A stretch of 64,000 nt of DNA from an uncultured Candidatus Micrarchaeota archaeon (GCA_963714085.1 OY970229.1:992001-1056000); one strand, 5' to 3'. Shown: positions 29,301 to 38,385, counted from the first letter of the stretch. Program-made: numbers and translations. The notes: generated by a model not told the origin, from the sequence alone.

Positions 29301-29919
29301 GAGCCATACGCCGCGCGACATCATGCCAAGAGGCCAAACCGATGTCGCGCAACCCACTCCAGTGGTGGACGTGACGAGCGCGGCATCGCTCAGGGAAAAG
29401 CTCGGCGTTCTAATCTATCCCAAGAAAAACGAGGCTACGTTCAGCCCGCAGGACAAACGGGTGAGGGAAGAGGTCTACCAAACTATCGCGGACAAGGCTC
29501 CACAGACCGCCGGCAGGAAAGGCCTCGCCGCTTCTGGAATAGAAGTGAAAGACGGCCCGGTCGGCCTTGTCATCAGCTCTCCTGAGCCAGATGCCAAGGA
29601 ATACCCCGCTTTCCAGAAGCTCGTCAGTGATGCCGTAAAAACCGAGTTGGCCACCATCGCGGTGGAAGACGCCCTGCGCCCGAGCGTGACTGCCGTGCTG
29701 AAGTCCGATAAATCCGAGAAGCCGAAGCACATCTCCGATGTCATCGGAGCGATAGCTGGTGTGATAGTGGACGGTACAGACCAGGAGAACGCAAGGCTCT
29801 CCAAGAACGGCATCAACGTGACGCGGAACAGGAAAGGGGTCCTGGTCGTGAAGGTGCCGGAGGCCACGGAAAATTTCCAGAAGTTAGTCAAGGGCATGGC
29901 AGCCGAGGTGCCCAAATAA
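26308..29919 (+). CDS. hypothetical protein (1203 aa) with one probable TM helix
   Basis: Long ORF 4 nt after the previous stop; TLWTTAAVGSFALMSWLVY hydrophobic segment. Confidence 0.8.
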   Translation: MAEAQKPPEEEPPKVKTPAQPPPAQPPAEQRQLPALTKAKRYVFGYDPAKASATAAGKARKAHDKAAAKAAKNLAGPSVYADLEEMKTLCEKYRKGIDSLRPADAIELMKKIYVHLETGTLDADTTSSLYGILERLYLRPNVLAAVNSSTDPIVAKGFRQHPGMREALEKHIARSAAKKKLTPANYQDLARLKPEMRRLENDQIIRMARIIGKDEADPVAAITRSFGVGAKATTLPEQAALMLELNSKGIVTERAVAELYINHADNAIAALGKMRTSDAATQRVLLEIQNDILSGKVASADDAIVGIFKNEKLREDLQKILGPGSKSLLDELSKATNLKEMAALLKGVEKFPKGVPNPERLVNALNSFAVPLNAEHFINNLSVMGNRVELVGALQARRVLDSSTTEMFNAVRALSLQRAKDMRGLGPAAIETSTNAVVGGAKLVKFGLSPVIAPGTRAFENFAEAEVASVRPRKIIKGTLWTTAAVGSFALMSWLVYHFEWGKDKTEREEARLKLQKLWKVSITTATANSIRDSPIADGFFRNWFDIHSLEKLGSRLVPKNDKELNELLTEGGSSASAKKQVPLYVHPAWINELAAEVDAQIKDMKKQGKTDTEIKAALTAMVTTSWRDKGYFLTPGEAFIESFARDLFGNDPEKRPMIDYMKAAVLGEKKPETSVKKPETSVKHPELFTLLWSGIRDGSLPRTFAADVALNLYAIISDDTLDPKTGKIKGELAFERIKKQLEVRKAAVYPNLPSVRDTLAKAEITDQYLLKKPIPPGSLMDIYDQHVVASHDEGMEMGFKAVLEAYQSDENTAARLDAFRLNPDEVIYGDVPDIVAQVAGGTLTLDAARDQHVVADGIFARFNTINTASQFDEKNKGLIEFVYENSSVSANGKTQGVLDWLKRNAKNIRNAPKLIEDLEASSALFAAAPMENTNDKDNPSKSQLCDRLANQLIAGYIKEEKDRGMLSKGWGATKTWWSGKPEELPERWYVRTNEPFVSHTPRDIMPRGQTDVAQPTPVVDVTSAASLREKLGVLIYPKKNEATFSPQDKRVREEVYQTIADKAPQTAGRKGLAASGIEVKDGPVGLVISSPEPDAKEYPAFQKLVSDAVKTELATIAVEDALRPSVTAVLKSDKSEKPKHISDVIGAIAGVIVDGTDQENARLSKNGINVTRNRKGVLVVKVPEATENFQKLVKGMAAEVPK
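28315..28359 (+). repeat. perfect 21-bp in-frame tandem duplication (KKPETSV x2)
   Basis: aagaaaccagagaccagcgtc x2 followed by aag. Confidence 0.9.
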
Positions 29920-29931
29920 GGAGGGAGTGGC

Positions 29932-31248
29932 ATGGCAGATAACGAGACTAGGAAAAAACTGCGTGCGTTCCTCGATGCCCTTCCCGACGAGAAGAAAGAA
30001 CCGCAGGGGAAAAACAAAGCCGAGCCGCCTACGACGATCAAGGGCGCGACGCCGAAGCGGATGCACGCCGAGAAACCACCCCGGCAAGAGAAGCCGGCAA
30101 AGACCAAAGCCGGGCGCGCCGCGAAACCAACAGCGGAAGCGAAACCCGCAGCCGAGGCGAAACCCGCGAAGGAGTCCAAGCCCATGAAGGTCGTCATGCC
30201 GACCGTGACGAAGGCGCTCAGGGGCCACAATCCGAGCGCCATAATATCCCTCGCAAGGACCAAGGACGGGCTCGAGAACCTGCTCGCGGCGGGCAGGAAC
30301 CGCGAGACGGTCTCAGCGATCATAGTCAACGGCCTGGCTGCCGTGATGAAGGCCAACGGGCTCGAGAGCCCGAAGGAACTCATCCTGAACGCCAGCTCGG
30401 ACGTGAAGCGCATGAGCCTCGTGAGGGGCTTCCTCCAGAGCTATATCGGCCCTGGCAACGAGCTCTACCAGAAGGAGATCGTGCCGCTCAAGAAATACAA
30501 GAAGGACGAGATGGGCGCTCCGCTCGACGCGGACACGGTCGTGGCAGCCGCGGACTACCTCTGGCGCTGGAGCAAGAACAACCCGAAGAACCAGCTGGAC
30601 CTCACTCCGACCCTCCCGCAGGACAAGGCGAAGGAGGTGCCGTCCATCAAGGCGCCCGAAGCCAAGGCTGACGACTCAGTGCTCGCACAGGCCAAGGGCA
30701 TGCTCGACCTTTCGACCTCGGCCAAGGCATCCGACCTGCTCAAGCTGATCCAGGACGCTGAGAAGAAAGGCGGGGCGAAGCTCGAAGACGCCAAGACCAT
30801 CGCGGTGCAGGGGCTGTTCAACGACCTCAAGTCGCACGATAGGGGTTTCACGGCCTACCTGGAGATGTTCTCGCGTTACGACACGATACGGGCGCAAGCC
30901 GATAGTCTGCGCACAGACAAGGTCGACCCGAGGGCAGACCTAGCATTGGAAGGCATCATCGGATTCCTCAACCAAAGGGCGAACATCGGCGTGTGGAGGA
31001 TAGAGAACCTCAACTGGGACTTCCGCGCGCTCAATCTCGAGCTGGGCAGGAAAGTCCCGGAAAACGGGGGCACCACCCTTCCGAAGGACAAGCCGCAGTT
31101 CGCCGATGCGCTGCTCGGCTGCGCGGTCTTACGATGGCGCCAGGCCAACCCGACCAAGGACGGTGGCGCATGGGCGAGGCCGCCGGAGCCAAAGAAGGCC
31201 GAGGAGCCGGCGTCCAAGAACAGCTGGCTCATGGAGGGGCGGCATTAA
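29932..31248 (+). CDS. hypothetical protein (438 aa) with internal two-fold repeat
   Basis: GGAGG SD; Lys/Pro/Ala N-terminal linker; duplicated module. Confidence 0.8.
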   Translation: MADNETRKKLRAFLDALPDEKKEPQGKNKAEPPTTIKGATPKRMHAEKPPRQEKPAKTKAGRAAKPTAEAKPAAEAKPAKESKPMKVVMPTVTKALRGHNPSAIISLARTKDGLENLLAAGRNRETVSAIIVNGLAAVMKANGLESPKELILNASSDVKRMSLVRGFLQSYIGPGNELYQKEIVPLKKYKKDEMGAPLDADTVVAAADYLWRWSKNNPKNQLDLTPTLPQDKAKEVPSIKAPEAKADDSVLAQAKGMLDLSTSAKASDLLKLIQDAEKKGGAKLEDAKTIAVQGLFNDLKSHDRGFTAYLEMFSRYDTIRAQADSLRTDKVDPRADLALEGIIGFLNQRANIGVWRIENLNWDFRALNLELGRKVPENGGTTLPKDKPQFADALLGCAVLRWRQANPTKDGGAWARPPEPKKAEEPASKNSWLMEGRH

Positions 31249-31273
31249 TAACATACTAAAGGCAGGAATCACC

Positions 31274-34200
31274 ATGGCAGCACCACTTCAGGTATCCCGG
31301 ACGGACCGCCAGCAAGTCGAGGCGGATGCGAAAGAGTGCGCGGCTTCGCTCAAAAGCTTCCTCGAGACGGGGAACGCAGCCAAGTACGTGCAGTTCACCG
31401 AGCTGTTCAGGAGATACTACGGATTTTCCACGTCCAAGGACGCCACCGAAGCGGAGAAGCAGAAGGGTTCCATGTTCCGCGATGTCTTCTTCGGCAAGGA
31501 GGCGTCCGGATACGCGGCCCAGCTGCGGGAAGGCAGGTCCGCCGACATGGTCTCGGCATTCGGGAAAAGCCATCCCAATGGGTTCCTGCCGAACGAGCTC
31601 GCAGACGCAGCCTATGAGGTATACTCGAAATGCACAAAGCGCGAGCGCATCCCCGAGGATTTCAACAAGAAGTACGGCGAGGACTTCATGAGAGCATCCA
31701 GGGAGGCGTACTATGCGGCGCATCCGGGCGAGATCTCGATAGCGCCGCCCTCAGAGGTGGTGCCTGTCCGCGTGCCGCCGCTCCCCCAGAGCGTCACCGA
31801 AAGCACGGTAGACATATTCCTGGGCCAGTTCGGCATGTTGGACCAGTTCTCGGCCGAGAGCCGGGACGGGAAGTACAGGGGGCTCGTCGCTACCGTGGTG
31901 ATCCCATTCAACCTCAAGAACCTGCGGGACGCGGGCGACCTCGCAGGAGCGCTCATGCAGGCCTACCAGCGCCTAGGGACCGATGACAGGGAGAGTTTCC
32001 TCTACTGGCTCTCTGGCATGGACCAGAAAGAGAGGGCTGCGCTCGGAGCTAGCGTGGTGTCCATAACCGCGGCCAGGGGAGGCACGATCCCGAACCAGGA
32101 GGTCAAGAAGAGGTTCGATGAATGGGAGTCAGCACACGTCGGCGTGCAGCAGAAGATATACGCGCTCGAAGGGAGGCTGAAGGCTTATCCGAAAGCAATC
32201 CGCGATACCACCCTTGTCCAGATGTCGGACGCGTTCGAGCAGAAACCCGGGGACTACACGCTGGAGCAGATGGAGATACGCATGGTCTACCTGCAGAAGA
32301 AGCGCGAGGTGCTCCAGCTCAAGCGCGCGGAGGGCAAATCCGAGCTCTCTTCGGTGGACAAGGAGCTCTCGGCCATGCAGGCGTGGCTGCATACCCTGGA
32401 TGTGGACAAGAAGACGCCGGACGAGGGGCTGTCCGCCCTGAGGGGCGGCTTCACCGCGCTCCAGCACGCCTACTACACCATCGACAATAACAATCTGAGG
32501 CTCGCAGACATTCTCGACTCAACGAAATCAAACGATAAGCTATTCCTCATCCTCACCAAATTCGTTTTCGAAATGGACCAGCACTCGCTCCACATACTAA
32601 ACGAGACGCGCCCAGGAGACAAAAATTTCACGAGCGTCATGAGGAGAGTCGCAGGTTCGCCAGACTTCGCGAAGGACGCGAACACGGGCAAGCAGATGTG
32701 GCAGGCTGATTATTATGGTCTGCTCTCGCCGGCTTCCGGCACCGCTCTCCCGACTCCGAACCAGACCGCCATATACCAGCGGGCAGCCACGCTCAGCACC
32801 GCGGCAGCGTTCGCCTTCAATGATTACGTCAAGACGCTCAAGGATAACGGGCTCGACACCGGCACCATGCGCTCCCAGACAGCAACCGGGCGTTATCTGG
32901 ATGCCAGTTCTGGGAAGCCAGTCTCGATACCAGCTGGGGACAAGGTGAACAGCAACGGCAAGATCGTCGACAGTTCCGGAAACGTCGTCTCCGACTATTC
33001 CAATCTGACACTCCGTGCGGAGAGCCAGGCAGCCACGTTCGACCCGACTGGCACGAGGACCCTGGTCGCGAACGCGGTGGCCGCGCTCAATGCCGTGCAT
33101 CCTGCGCTGGTTGTCACATACTTCAATGCGATACGGCACGTGGCCGAGATATGCGAGCAGGATCCCACCTCGTTCCACAACGCGCTGAGCGAGATGACGC
33201 TCAGCATCGAGGCCGAGACCAGCGTCCTCACATCCCGCAGCTCGCCAGCCAATACGCTGCCAACCAACATCCGGAAGACCATGGAAAGGCTTGGCCGGGC
33301 CCTGGAGGAGGTCGCGAAGATAAGCAAGGGGACAATCGCGCAGTTCGACAGGTTCAACCTCCTTGACAGGTATCTGCTCATAGACCAGACCCCGCCGCAC
33401 CTGATACACCAGAGGACGCCCAGCTGGGCGCCAAGGCTCTTATCCTCCCAGTCGCAGCTGGGCGGCCTGTTCACGCCGTCCCCGTTCGGCAATTTCATAA
33501 TGTCTCCGGTTCCAGGAGGCCTGTTCACATCGGGCGGGGTCTACACGTCCCAGCCCAACTACGGCGGCGGCCTGACGCTGCCTACCATGAGGCCGCTCCA
33601 GGTGCACACCTCCGTGGCCGCGGTGCAGGCGGCCATGTTCAGCTACCTCTATCCGCAGCATCCGGTGCTGTCCATATCCTCCATGCTTCCGGGCGTGACC
33701 ATCCCCAAGATGAGCCCCACGAAGCTCCTCATCGAGATCCGGCGCTCGTTCGTCCAGACCGACAGGCCGCAGTACGCCAGCCTCAGGGACGTGGTCAGCG
33801 GAGGCATGGCACTCGGGCTGACAGGCACAAAGTCCTCGGACGACTGGGTCATCGGAGGCGGCGGCCTCGGCACCCTGCTCACGCCCACAGGCGGAGCTGC
33901 CATCGGCGGCATGAAAGACCTCAACGGTACTTATGGAGGGATGTCATGGCTTGCGGTCCCGATCGGCACGGTCAAGGGGAAGGAAGTCACCCTGGACACC
34001 TCGGTGACAGGTGTGGAGAAGGACATGGACAACTCATGGAAGATACTCCAGCGCGCGATAACCACGCAATGGGACCCGAAGAACCCGAGCCAGACGCTGG
34101 TGGTCGTCAACAGCGACGCCACTGCGGATGGCAAATGGTACACCACCGCGAGGACCGTCCTGGTGGAGAAGGACGGCACGATATATGACCTCAAAGGAGG

Positions 34201-36271
34201 GCAGGACGACCTGGTGCCGATGCTCAACTTCATGGCAGGATTCGTGAACAAGGCGTTCGCCACGCCCTCTACCGTTGCATTCGACTACGAGCCGACGGTG
34301 CAACGGGGCGGAGGCGCGCTCGTGTTCGACTTGGGCAGGACGCCCCTGCTTTTCGAGGCCCAGTCCATACCGTTCCTGGAGCCGACCGGCACGCCCCAGC
34401 CTCTTCTCGTGCAGTGGACGCTCGGGGGAGCGCACACAGCGGAAACGACGGGCGGGAAGACCGACATACAGGCCGTCGCATTCCCTGGCCAGATGCTCCA
34501 GCTCAAGCCCGGCAGCGACGCCGGCAATCCCGGGAGTTACAAGATGCAGGGCGTCGACTACATGTTCAGGCGCGTGAGGAAGGATAGGGCATGGGAGCTG
34601 TCCATGGGCGGAGATTACGCCTCCACGCCCGTGGGCTCGGAGGGCGGGGCAGGATTCTTCATAAAGACCCAGCAACCTGGTTCCAGGCTCGGCGGCGGCA
34701 TCTCCTACGAGGCCAGCGCGACGAACCTGGAGGCGCTCGCCATGCTGCAGCAATCCCAGGAGGCCGTGGACTACGTGAACAGCATACACAGGATCGCGAC
34801 CACGATCTACGGGAGCAAGCAGTTGTCCACCAACTGGGAGGCGGGCAGCCTCCTCTACGTGGTCAACCAGCTCCAATCGCAGCCAGGCAAGGGCCTTTCC
34901 TACGACACCACGTTCTACAGGGCGGTCGGCCTGCTCAGGGGCCTGAAATTCGCCGGCAGGTTCGATTTCAGCAGGATGAGCGGCATGGACGACATGCTGG
35001 CCGCATACGATAGCATGGCATCCAAGGTCGGCAACGATCCCACCCAGGCCGCGAGCCAGATAACCGCTTTCCAGCAAAAATACTCGCCGCAGTACCTCCA
35101 GCAGGTGCTGGACAAGTACTACCTTGGCGTACAGGTGAACAAGGATTTCTCCATAGAAGGGCTCGTGGTGGCGCAGGAGGACGAAAACAAATTCTCGAAG
35201 CAGGTGCCTGACACCGTGTACGCAAGGAGCCTCTGGACCTGGAAGGCCGGAGAGCGGACCGGATTCTTCAGGGCCTTCGCCTCAATGCCGGTGATGGTCT
35301 CCGGGGGAGTCAACCTGCAGAACTCCACCACGCAGGTCGGGCTTGTCGGAGCCGGCACGGGCTTCGACGTATTCGACTCGGTGTTCCTCCAGCGCATAGC
35401 CGCGGACGCGGGCATGATAGTGTCGAGGATAGAGAACGACACGACCTCCACCCAGATAGAGAAGTGGGGCATCGACGCCTCGAAGAACGAGGGCGGCTTC
35501 TTCGTGCAGGGAGCGGCTGTCGCATATTCAGGTTTGGCCGAGGACTCGAGGTCCTACCGGAGGCTGGTCGAGAACCTGGACAAATTCAAGGCCATGATCA
35601 GCGCCGGCGTATTCTCGCAGATCCCGACGCCCGTGCGCGAAGCCATGTGCCAGGACTTGGATCCGGCAACGTTCAAGCCCACGGAGATCCAGGACATCCG
35701 CGAGGGCAGGGACTTCAAGCCGTCCACGAGCCAGGCGGGCGACCTCGAGGACGGGCTTTGGAGGAACTGGTTCTCCGAAAGGAAGACGGACCTGCAGGAG
35801 AAGTTCAACGGCAACATGCGTGTGCTTCTCGGAGCCAGCCGCTACAAGTATTTCGGCGGCCCGGCCTACTGGGACATCGGCACCTTTGTGGAATACGTGG
35901 ACAGCTTCAAGCTGTACGCCATAGCAGCCAAGCGCGAGGAGCTGGGCCTGTTCACCGGCATGGAATACAAGAAGGACAGCCTGAGAATGGCGCTCGGAGG
36001 AGGCGTGACGCGCACGAGCATAGGCGGCTCGGCATCCGTGGGATACACGTTCATAAAAGCCGGCATACCGATGGAGGTCGGGGTGTCCGGCTACGGGACC
36101 GCGGCGGACCTGCCGCAATACGCTGCGCCGATGTATACGACTGTCCCGCGCACATTCACGCCGCAGTTCGGGGTAATGTTCTGGTACACGATCGGCGCCC
36201 AGGGGCCGCCGACCTTCATGCAGGCCACACCGAGCACGACATTCGGAGGTCCGGCAGGGCAATATCATTAA
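31274..36271 (+). CDS. 1665-aa protein, helical N-half and beta-strand-rich (beta-barrel-like) C-half
   Basis: Start reset to ATG 31274; many alternating hydrophobic/Gly/aromatic strands from ~33790 to the end. Confidence 0.8.
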   Translation: MAAPLQVSRTDRQQVEADAKECAASLKSFLETGNAAKYVQFTELFRRYYGFSTSKDATEAEKQKGSMFRDVFFGKEASGYAAQLREGRSADMVSAFGKSHPNGFLPNELADAAYEVYSKCTKRERIPEDFNKKYGEDFMRASREAYYAAHPGEISIAPPSEVVPVRVPPLPQSVTESTVDIFLGQFGMLDQFSAESRDGKYRGLVATVVIPFNLKNLRDAGDLAGALMQAYQRLGTDDRESFLYWLSGMDQKERAALGASVVSITAARGGTIPNQEVKKRFDEWESAHVGVQQKIYALEGRLKAYPKAIRDTTLVQMSDAFEQKPGDYTLEQMEIRMVYLQKKREVLQLKRAEGKSELSSVDKELSAMQAWLHTLDVDKKTPDEGLSALRGGFTALQHAYYTIDNNNLRLADILDSTKSNDKLFLILTKFVFEMDQHSLHILNETRPGDKNFTSVMRRVAGSPDFAKDANTGKQMWQADYYGLLSPASGTALPTPNQTAIYQRAATLSTAAAFAFNDYVKTLKDNGLDTGTMRSQTATGRYLDASSGKPVSIPAGDKVNSNGKIVDSSGNVVSDYSNLTLRAESQAATFDPTGTRTLVANAVAALNAVHPALVVTYFNAIRHVAEICEQDPTSFHNALSEMTLSIEAETSVLTSRSSPANTLPTNIRKTMERLGRALEEVAKISKGTIAQFDRFNLLDRYLLIDQTPPHLIHQRTPSWAPRLLSSQSQLGGLFTPSPFGNFIMSPVPGGLFTSGGVYTSQPNYGGGLTLPTMRPLQVHTSVAAVQAAMFSYLYPQHPVLSISSMLPGVTIPKMSPTKLLIEIRRSFVQTDRPQYASLRDVVSGGMALGLTGTKSSDDWVIGGGGLGTLLTPTGGAAIGGMKDLNGTYGGMSWLAVPIGTVKGKEVTLDTSVTGVEKDMDNSWKILQRAITTQWDPKNPSQTLVVVNSDATADGKWYTTARTVLVEKDGTIYDLKGGQDDLVPMLNFMAGFVNKAFATPSTVAFDYEPTVQRGGGALVFDLGRTPLLFEAQSIPFLEPTGTPQPLLVQWTLGGAHTAETTGGKTDIQAVAFPGQMLQLKPGSDAGNPGSYKMQGVDYMFRRVRKDRAWELSMGGDYASTPVGSEGGAGFFIKTQQPGSRLGGGISYEASATNLEALAMLQQSQEAVDYVNSIHRIATTIYGSKQLSTNWEAGSLLYVVNQLQSQPGKGLSYDTTFYRAVGLLRGLKFAGRFDFSRMSGMDDMLAAYDSMASKVGNDPTQAASQITAFQQKYSPQYLQQVLDKYYLGVQVNKDFSIEGLVVAQEDENKFSKQVPDTVYARSLWTWKAGERTGFFRAFASMPVMVSGGVNLQNSTTQVGLVGAGTGFDVFDSVFLQRIAADAGMIVSRIENDTTSTQIEKWGIDASKNEGGFFVQGAAVAYSGLAEDSRSYRRLVENLDKFKAMISAGVFSQIPTPVREAMCQDLDPATFKPTEIQDIREGRDFKPSTSQAGDLEDGLWRNWFSERKTDLQEKFNGNMRVLLGASRYKYFGGPAYWDIGTFVEYVDSFKLYAIAAKREELGLFTGMEYKKDSLRMALGGGVTRTSIGGSASVGYTFIKAGIPMEVGVSGYGTAADLPQYAAPMYTTVPRTFTPQFGVMFWYTIGAQGPPTFMQATPSTTFGGPAGQYH

Positions 36272-36306
36272 AAAGATAGCACGAGTGGTTTCAACGGGGT
36301 TATCAC

Positions 36307-36690
36307 ATGAAACTTGAGAACATGGAACTGGTTTTCTGCGATGCGAGGAAGAACACTGCCACTGCGTCGAAGACCATAAACACGAACATCGCGCTCACCT
36401 CGGTCTCGGAGCAGAAGGGCCAACTCAAGGTGGAGTTCGAGCACACGGTCACCTACGATCCGGACGGCAGCCACATACGCACCGGGGGCAGGGCGGTCTA
36501 CTCCGGTAGCGAGGGCAAGGCCGCTGCCGACGAGTGGACGAAGAACGGCAGGATCACCGGGGCTTCCGGGGAGTTCATCATGAACTCCATAAACTACGCC
36601 GCATCGGTGAACGGGGTGCTCATAGCGCGGGCGTTCAACCTGCTGCCCCCCGTGGCGCTTGCGACGCTTGCGTTCACGCCCAAGAAGTGA
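36307..36690 (+). CDS. small protein, possible archaeal SecB-like fold
   Basis: Four beta strands (VEFEHTVTYDP..HIRTGGRAVY) then helices ending NLLPP. Confidence 0.5.
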   Translation: MKLENMELVFCDARKNTATASKTINTNIALTSVSEQKGQLKVEFEHTVTYDPDGSHIRTGGRAVYSGSEGKAAADEWTKNGRITGASGEFIMNSINYAASVNGVLIARAFNLLPPVALATLAFTPKK

Positions 36691-36857
36691 TGCCGGCTAC
36701 AGGTCCTACGCGGGGATGCTGAAGCACGGTCCCATCTCCCAAGACAGGATCGCGATTTCTTGTTTCCGCGGACAAATCGTAGCCGGACGATGCACAAAAA
36801 AGCTTCCGTAGAGCTATCCAAATCACCGGGATACATGACTACAAGATTGAACCATTC

Positions 36858-37418
36858 TCAATCCTTCTGATTCGTGTTTATGATGGTCTTCCCCCGCTCG
36901 TTAGGGGTTATCCTCACTTTGCCGCCGAAATCCTGCGGCATGAGCTCCTTCCCATCGGTTATCCTGTCCAGCGTTATGGCGAGCGCGGCGACCTCGGAAT
37001 GGGGCTGCCCTGTCACGGATATGTTGAAATCCGCCAGCTGGTACACCTCGCCAGGCACGGCCTCGCTTCCCACCACGACGAGCACCCGCTCCGCCTTCCT
37101 GATGGCGTCCAGCTTCTGCGTCAGAGGCATGCCGTACATGGTCAGATGGCAGACGCTGAACCCGTTTGCCTTGTGCTCCTTTATCACTTTCCTGAAATTC
37201 TTGTCATAGGACACGCTGAAATCCCCGCCCCAGTTCGCGACGAGCCTCGCCACGCTGGACTCCAGGCCCGAGTCGTGCTGCCCGGAGTAGACCATGCGCC
37301 TGGCTCCGAAGGCCCGCGCCACCAGCGCCACGTGCGTGCTCATGCGCTCGTCGCGCGGAAGCCGGTGCCCTAGCCTCAGTATCACTATCTCTCTTGCCTC
37401 GTCCATCGCCATCGTCAT
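36858..37418 (-). CDS. trm56: tRNA (cytidine(56)-2'-O)-methyltransferase
   Basis: LRLGHR..RD.R.STHVALVARAFGA, HLTMYG, QPHSEVAALA. Confidence 0.95.
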   Translation of the reverse strand: MTMAMDEAREIVILRLGHRLPRDERMSTHVALVARAFGARRMVYSGQHDSGLESSVARLVANWGGDFSVSYDKNFRKVIKEHKANGFSVCHLTMYGMPLTQKLDAIRKAERVLVVVGSEAVPGEVYQLADFNISVTGQPHSEVAALAITLDRITDGKELMPQDFGGKVRITPNERGKTIINTNQKD

Positions 37419-37459
37419 GAGTTATAAATAACATAGAATAAATACCCTTAGGAGTTTCC

Positions 37460-38380
37460 ATGAAAGTGCTAGTAACAGGAGGGGCAGGATTCATAGGCTC
37501 GCACATCGTAGAGGAGCTTCTCGCGGGGAAGCACGAGGTGCGCGTGCTGGACGACCTCAGCACCGGCAGCATGGCGAATCTCCCGAAGCACGGGGTGAAA
37601 TTCATTAAAGGGAGCATCACGGACAGGGCCGCGCTGGAGAAATCCGTGAAGGGCATCGAAGCGGTGTTCCACGAGGCGGCCCAGGTGTCCGTCGCACGCT
37701 CCATGGAACATCCGAAGGAGACCTGGGAGACGAACATAAGGGGCACGAAGCTGCTGCTTAATGCTGCGGTGGAAGCTGGCGTGAAGCGCGTGGTGTTCGC
37801 ATCCTCTGCCGCGGTCTACGGCAATGCGATACCGCCGCTGAAAGAGAGCCAGGAGCTAAAGCCCATCTCGCCGTACGGGGATTCCAAGCGCATGGGCGAG
37901 CTGCTCATGGAGGAGTACGCATCCAAAGAGCGCATCAGCACGGTCTCGCTACGCTACGCCAACGTCTACGGCCCTCGGCAGGACCCCAAGTCCAGCTATT
38001 CCGGGGTGATATCCAAATTCATAGACCGCATGGGGAGGGGCGATCGGCCGGTGGTATTCGGCAACGGGATGCAGACCAGGGATTTCATATTCGTCAGGGA
38101 TGTCGCGCGCGCGAACATGCTCGCCATGGAGGCACGGAAGGTCAAGGGCGTCTACAACATCTCGACCGGGGCTGGCATAACTATAAACGAGCTCGTCAAG
38201 ACCCTCAACTCCGTGCTCTCCACGGAGCTGGAGCCGGTGTTCGAGGCTGAGAAGCAGGGGGACATAAAGTACTCCTGGGCAGACGCCTCGCTCGCGAAAG
38301 AGAAGCTGGGATTCGAGGCCAATACCCAGCTTTCGGACGGGCTGAAACAGACCGTGGCCTGGTATAAACAGGGAAAGTGA
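37460..38380 (+). CDS. NAD-dependent epimerase/dehydratase (UDP-glucose 4-epimerase-like)
   Basis: GGAGFIGS, SSAAVYG, YxxxK, NVYGPRQ. Confidence 0.92.
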   Translation: MKVLVTGGAGFIGSHIVEELLAGKHEVRVLDDLSTGSMANLPKHGVKFIKGSITDRAALEKSVKGIEAVFHEAAQVSVARSMEHPKETWETNIRGTKLLLNAAVEAGVKRVVFASSAAVYGNAIPPLKESQELKPISPYGDSKRMGELLMEEYASKERISTVSLRYANVYGPRQDPKSSYSGVISKFIDRMGRGDRPVVFGNGMQTRDFIFVRDVARANMLAMEARKVKGVYNISTGAGITINELVKTLNSVLSTELEPVFEAEKQGDIKYSWADASLAKEKLGFEANTQLSDGLKQTVAWYKQGK

Positions 38381-38385
38381 CGCTT

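Noticed and set aside
31106..31273. N-terminal 56 aa of the 1721-aa ORF call
   Set aside because: Overlaps the previous gene and is low-complexity; ATG 31274 fits the operon spacing
24477..36690. Provirus interpretation of the giant-gene block
   Set aside because: No recognisable capsid, terminase, portal, integrase or replication gene and no att repeats; codon style is mostly host-like. A structure search is needed to exclude it fully
36700..36790. Resemblance to 5S rRNA (CCCATCTC)
   Set aside because: Lacks the CGAAC and GTTAAG landmarks and the 5S helix layout; kept only as an unassigned structure
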